DNA from: an uncultured Pseudomonadota bacterium
Lineage (GTDB): Bacteria > Pseudomonadota > Gammaproteobacteria > Steroidobacterales > Steroidobacteraceae
DNA: 64,000 nt
NCBI GenBank assembly: GCA_963752125.1
Contig: CAVVXG010000035.1
Coordinates: 18,139 to 82,138 of the forward strand
Direction: 5' to 3'
Shown: positions 63,591 to 64,000 of the stretch, one piece after another
How positions within the stretch are numbered: position 1 is the stretch's first letter
How the letters are laid out: every line of letters begins with the position of its first letter
Made by a program: the position numbers and the translations under genes
The notes under the pieces: model-generated
The model's input: the letters and a program-made list of their open reading frames with translations, nothing else
Told to the model about the DNA's origin: nothing
Database searches by the model: none

Positions 63591-64000
63591 ATGCAACAGC
63601 TTCCGCTTGGCGTCCGACTTCCCGATCGCGCTGTGTTCGCGAGCTTCTTGCCCGCGCGCAATGCACAGGTCGTCGAGCATTTGCAGCGGCTCGCGGACGG
63701 GCGGCTGGCCGGCACGTCCTGGATCTGTGGTCCGCAGGGCTGCGGCAAGACTCACTTGTTGCAGGCTGTGTCCGCGCAGGCCAGCACGACCATGCAAACT
63801 GGCTACATTCCGTTGCGGGACCTCGCACGGTTGGGTGTTGGAGTGCTCGAGGGGCTGCGTTCGATCCAGTGTCTGTGCGTGGATGACCTGGAGGAAGTCG
63901 TCGGTCAGAGGGAGTGGGAGCGGGCCCTGTTCAGCGTTCTGCAGGGCATAGAGGAGGGCGGCGGTCGGTTGGTCGCCGCCGCGAAAGTGCCCCCCGCGCT
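63591..64000 (+). CDS. hda: DnaA regulatory inactivator Hda; partial, runs off the right window edge
   Basis: Own translation from ATG 63591: MQQLPLGVRLPDRAVFASFLPARNAQVVEHL...WICGPQGCGKTHLLQAV...CLCVDDLEEVVGQREWERALFSVL... It is not in the ORF track because there is no stop in the window. Confidence 0.75.
   Translation, partial: MQQLPLGVRLPDRAVFASFLPARNAQVVEHLQRLADGRLAGTSWICGPQGCGKTHLLQAVSAQASTTMQTGYIPLRDLARLGVGVLEGLRSIQCLCVDDLEEVVGQREWERALFSVLQGIEEGGGRLVAAAKVPPA

Overview
High-GC (judged by eye, not computed) proteobacterial chromosomal window, densely coding on both strands. It holds about 58 protein-coding genes or gene remnants and one tRNA-Thr(CGU). I saw no rRNA, CRISPR array, transposase or integrase. 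There are three zones. (1) 1-20.9 kb is an accessory uptake/hydrolysis island. It has two paralogous TonB-dependent receptors, a TolB-propeller/amidohydrolase fusion, a CocE/NonD hydrolase, an SMP-30 lactonase, a 2-hydroxyacid dehydrogenase, an RraA-type aldolase-like protein, two NIPSNAP paralogs, an orphan solute-binding protein, a cytochrome c'-like protein with two paralogous membrane proteins, and a LysR regulator. Six intergenic copies of one conserved operator+promoter module link these units; this is the strongest sequence-level finding. (2) 20.9-32 kb holds vapBC next to tRNA-Thr, an Irr-like Fur regulator, a cytochrome P450 + fatty-acyl-AMP ligase/ACP operon divergent from a DUF374 acyltransferase + GT9 glycosyltransferase pair, a PAS-GGDEF-EAL gene broken by two frame shifts, and PadR-PspC. 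(3) 32-64 kb is housekeeping (nadC, grxD, rnt, pyrC, M17 peptidase, aceE-aceF-lpdA, nth, metG, apbC, dcd-like, purMN, hda). It is interrupted between metG and apbC by a 5.9-kb block carrying a DUF433/DUF5615 TA-like pair, two PilT-family ATPases and a HEAT-repeat Ser/Thr kinase. metG itself carries a 1-nt frame break, so indel errors in the assembly must be considered. All family calls come from motif recognition in the supplied or self-made translations; no database search was possible.
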